Made by a program: the position numbers and the translations under genes. A stretch of DNA of 64,000 nt, from NCBI RefSeq assembly GCF_006345805.1, contig NC_042997.1, forward strand, positions 117,924,001 through 117,988,000, in the 5' to 3' direction. This document shows positions 61,409-64,000 of the stretch, piece after piece (position 1 is the stretch's first letter; every line of letters begins with the position of its first letter). Below the pieces are notes generated by a model. It was not told where the DNA came from and did not search any database. It was given only the letters and a program-made list of their open reading frames with translations. The stretch is from Octopus sinensis. Lineage: Eukaryota.

Positions 61409-62855
61409 GCTAAGCTAAGCTAAGCTAAGCTAAGCTAAGCTAAGCTAAGCTAAGCTAAGCTAAGCTAAGCTACTAAGCTAAGCTAAGCTAAGCTAAGCTA
61501 AGCTAAGCTAAGCTAAGCTAAGCTAAGCTAGCTAAGCTAAGCTAAGCTAAGCTAAGCTAAGCTAAGCTAAGCTAAGCTAAGCTAAGCTAAGCTAAGCTAA
61601 GCTAAGCTAGCTAAGCTAAGCTAAGCTAAGCTAAGCTAAGCTAAGCTAAGCTAAGCTAAGCTAAGCTAAGCTAAGCTAAGCTAAGCTAAGCTAAGCTAAG
61701 CTAAGCTAAGCTAAGCTAAGCTAAGCTAAGCTAAGCTAAGCTAAGCTAAGCTAAGCTAAGCTAAGCTAAGCTAAGCTAAGCTAAGCTAAGCTAAGCTAAG
61801 CTAAGCTAAGCTAAGCTAAGCTAAGCTAAGCTAAGCTAAGCTAAGCTAAGCTAAGCTAAGCTAAGCTAAGCTAAGCTAAGCTAAGCTAAGCTAAGCTAAG
61901 CTAAGCTAAGCTAAGCTAAGCAAGCTAAGCTAAGCTAAGCTAAGCTAAGCTAAGCTAAGCTAAGCTAAGCTAAGCTAGCTAAGCTAAGCTAAGCTAAGCT
62001 AAGCTAAGCTAAGCTAAGCTAAGCTAAGCTAGCTAAGCTAAGCTAAGCTAAGCTAAGCTAAGCTAAGCTAAGCTAAGCTAAGCTAAGCTAAGCTAAGCTA
62101 AGCTAAGCTAAGCTAGCTAAGCTAAGCTAAGCTAAGCTAAGCTAAGCTAAGCTAAGCTAAGCTAAGCTAAGCTAAGCTAAGCTAAGTAAGCTAAGCTAAG
62201 CTAAGCTAAGCTAAGCTAAGCTAAGCTAAGCTAGCTAAGCTAAGCTAAGCTAAGCTAAGCTAAGCTAAGCTACTAAGCTGCTAAGCTAAGCTAAGCTAAG
62301 CTAAGCTAAGCTAAGCTAAGCTAAGCTAAGCTAAGCTAAGCTAAGCTAAGCTAAGCTAGCTAAGCTAAGCTAAGCTAAGCTAAGCTAAGCTAAGCTAAGC
62401 TAAGCTAAGCTAAGCTAAGCTAAGCTAAGCTAAGCTAAGCTAAGCTAAGCTAAGCTAAGCTAAGCTAAGCTAAGCTAAGCTAAGCTAAGCTAAGCTAAGC
62501 TAAGCTAAGCTAAGCTAACTAAGCTAGCTAAGCTAAGCTAAGCTAAGCTAAGCTAAGCTAAGCTAACTAAGCTAAGCTAAGCTAAGCTAAGCTAAGCTAA
62601 GCTAAGCTAAGCTAAGCTAAGCTAGCTAAGCTAGCTAAGCTAAGCTAAGCTAAGCTAAGCTAAGCTAAGCTAAGCTAGCTAAGCTAAGCTAAGCTAAGCT
62701 AAGCTAAGCTAGCTAAGCTAAGCTAAGCTAAGCTAAGCTAAGCTAAGCTAAGCTAAGCTAAGCTAAGCTAAGCTAAGCTAAGCTAAGCTAAGCTAAGCTA
62801 AGCTAAGCTAAGCTAGCTAAGCTAAGCTAAGCTAAGCTAAGCTAAGCTAAGCTAA
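61409..62855 (+). repeat. (GCTAA)n = (TTAGC)n pentamer array, about 290 copies
   Basis: Direct reading; preceded by (GCGAA)3 at 61394-61408. Confidence 0.98.
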
Positions 62856-64000
62856 AACATTATGCTGGCCGTCTTTTTCTTCTCCCCTCAACGAAACTAA
62901 TCTAAGCTAAGCTAAGCTAAGCTAAAAATGCTGGCCGTCTTTTCTTCTCCCCTCAACGAAACTAAGCTAAGCTAAGCTAAGCTAAGCTAAAACATTATGC
63001 TGTCCGTCTTTTTCTTCTCCCCTCAACGAAACTAAGCTAAAACATTATGCTGGCCGCCTTTTTCTTCTCCCCTCAACGAAACTAAGCTAAGCTAAGCTAA
63101 GCTAAGCTAAAACATTATGCTGGCCGTCTTTTTCTTCTCCCCTCAACGAAACTAAGCTAAGCTAAGCTAAGCTAAGCTAAAACATTATGCTGGCCGTCTT
63201 TTTCTTCTCCCCTCAACGAAACTAAGCTAAAACATTATGCTGGCTGTCTTTTTCTTCTCCCCTCAACGAAACTAATCTAAGCTAAGCTAAGCTAAGCTAA
63301 AACATTATGCTGGCCGTCTTTTTCTTCTCCCCTCAACGAAACTAAGCTAAAACATTATGCTGGCCGTCTTTTTCTTCTCCCCTCAACGAAACTAAGCTAA
63401 GCTAAGCTAAGCTAAGCTAAAACATTATGCTGGCCGTCTTTTTCTTCTCCCCTCAACGAAACTAAGCTAAAACATTATGCTGGCCGTCTTTTTCTTCTCC
63501 CCTCAACGAAACTAAGCTAAGCTAAGCTAAGCTAAGCTAAAACATTATGCTGGCCGTCTTTTTCTTCTCCCCTCAACGAAACTAAGCTAAAACATTATGC
63601 TGGCCGTCTTTTTCTTGTCCCCTCAAAGAAACTAAGCTAAGCTAAGCTAAGCTAAGCAAAAACATTGTGCTGGGCGTCTTTTTGTTGTCCCCTCAACGAA
63701 ACTAAGCTATGCTAAGCTAAGCTAAGCTAAAACACTGTGCTGGCCGTCTTTATCTTGTCCCCTCAACGAAACGAAGCTGAGCTAAGCTAAGCTAAGCTAA
63801 AACATTGTGCTGGCCGTCTTTTTCTTGTCCCCTCAACGAAACTAAGCTAAGCTAAGCTAAGCTAAGCTAAAACATTGTGCTGGCTGTCTTTTTCTTGTCC
63901 CCTCAACGAAACTAAGCTAAGCTAAGCTAAGCTAAGCAAAGCTAAGCTAAGCTAAGCTAAGCTAAGCTAAGCTAAGCTAAGCTAAGCTAAGCTAAGCTAA
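62856..64000 (+). repeat. Higher-order repeat: 40-bp core plus variable (GCTAA)n, returning to pure (GCTAA)n at the window end
   Basis: Core AACATTATGCTGGCCGTCTTTTTCTTCTCCCCTCAACGAA. Alternating 50- and 70-bp monomers give an exact 120-bp period (63181, 63301, 63421, 63541). Confidence 0.95.

Noticed and set aside
62856-63940. CRISPR-like repeat-spacer appearance, also seen in the 45-mer array
   Set aside because: The spacers are only (GCTAA)n rather than unique sequence, there are no cas genes, and the context is eukaryotic.

Overview
AT-rich metazoan DNA. The SINE families, (ATAC)n tracts and LINE repertoire resemble those of Octopus; this is an inference from recall, not a database result. 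Positions 1-41.4 kb are a dense patchwork of tRNA-derived SINEs, a roughly 415-bp MITE family with GGATCTTTTCGG termini, two long foldback elements, two solo LTRs and decayed L1/Tx1, CRE, CR1-group, RLE-type, Penelope, Gypsy, mariner and piggyBac sequences. The only intact non-transposon genes I can support are two diverged, same-strand, single-ORF paralogs: 18228-18776 (182 aa) and 26384-26923 (179 aa). Both encode an Arg/Lys/Ser-rich N-terminal part and an acidic C-terminal part. Both share a conserved upstream block containing a CRE motif (TGACGTCA) and are followed by AATAAA. They are candidate sperm nuclear basic (protamine- or transition-protein-like) proteins. From about 39.8 kb the window becomes a graded series of tandem arrays: a 45-bp/~240-bp composite, a 48-bp satellite, a 100-N gap, a related 40-bp satellite with higher-order variant blocks, (GCTAA)n, and a 50/70-bp higher-order repeat. 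This looks like a euchromatin-to-heterochromatin boundary. Most entries in the ORF track are microsatellite or satellite artefacts.
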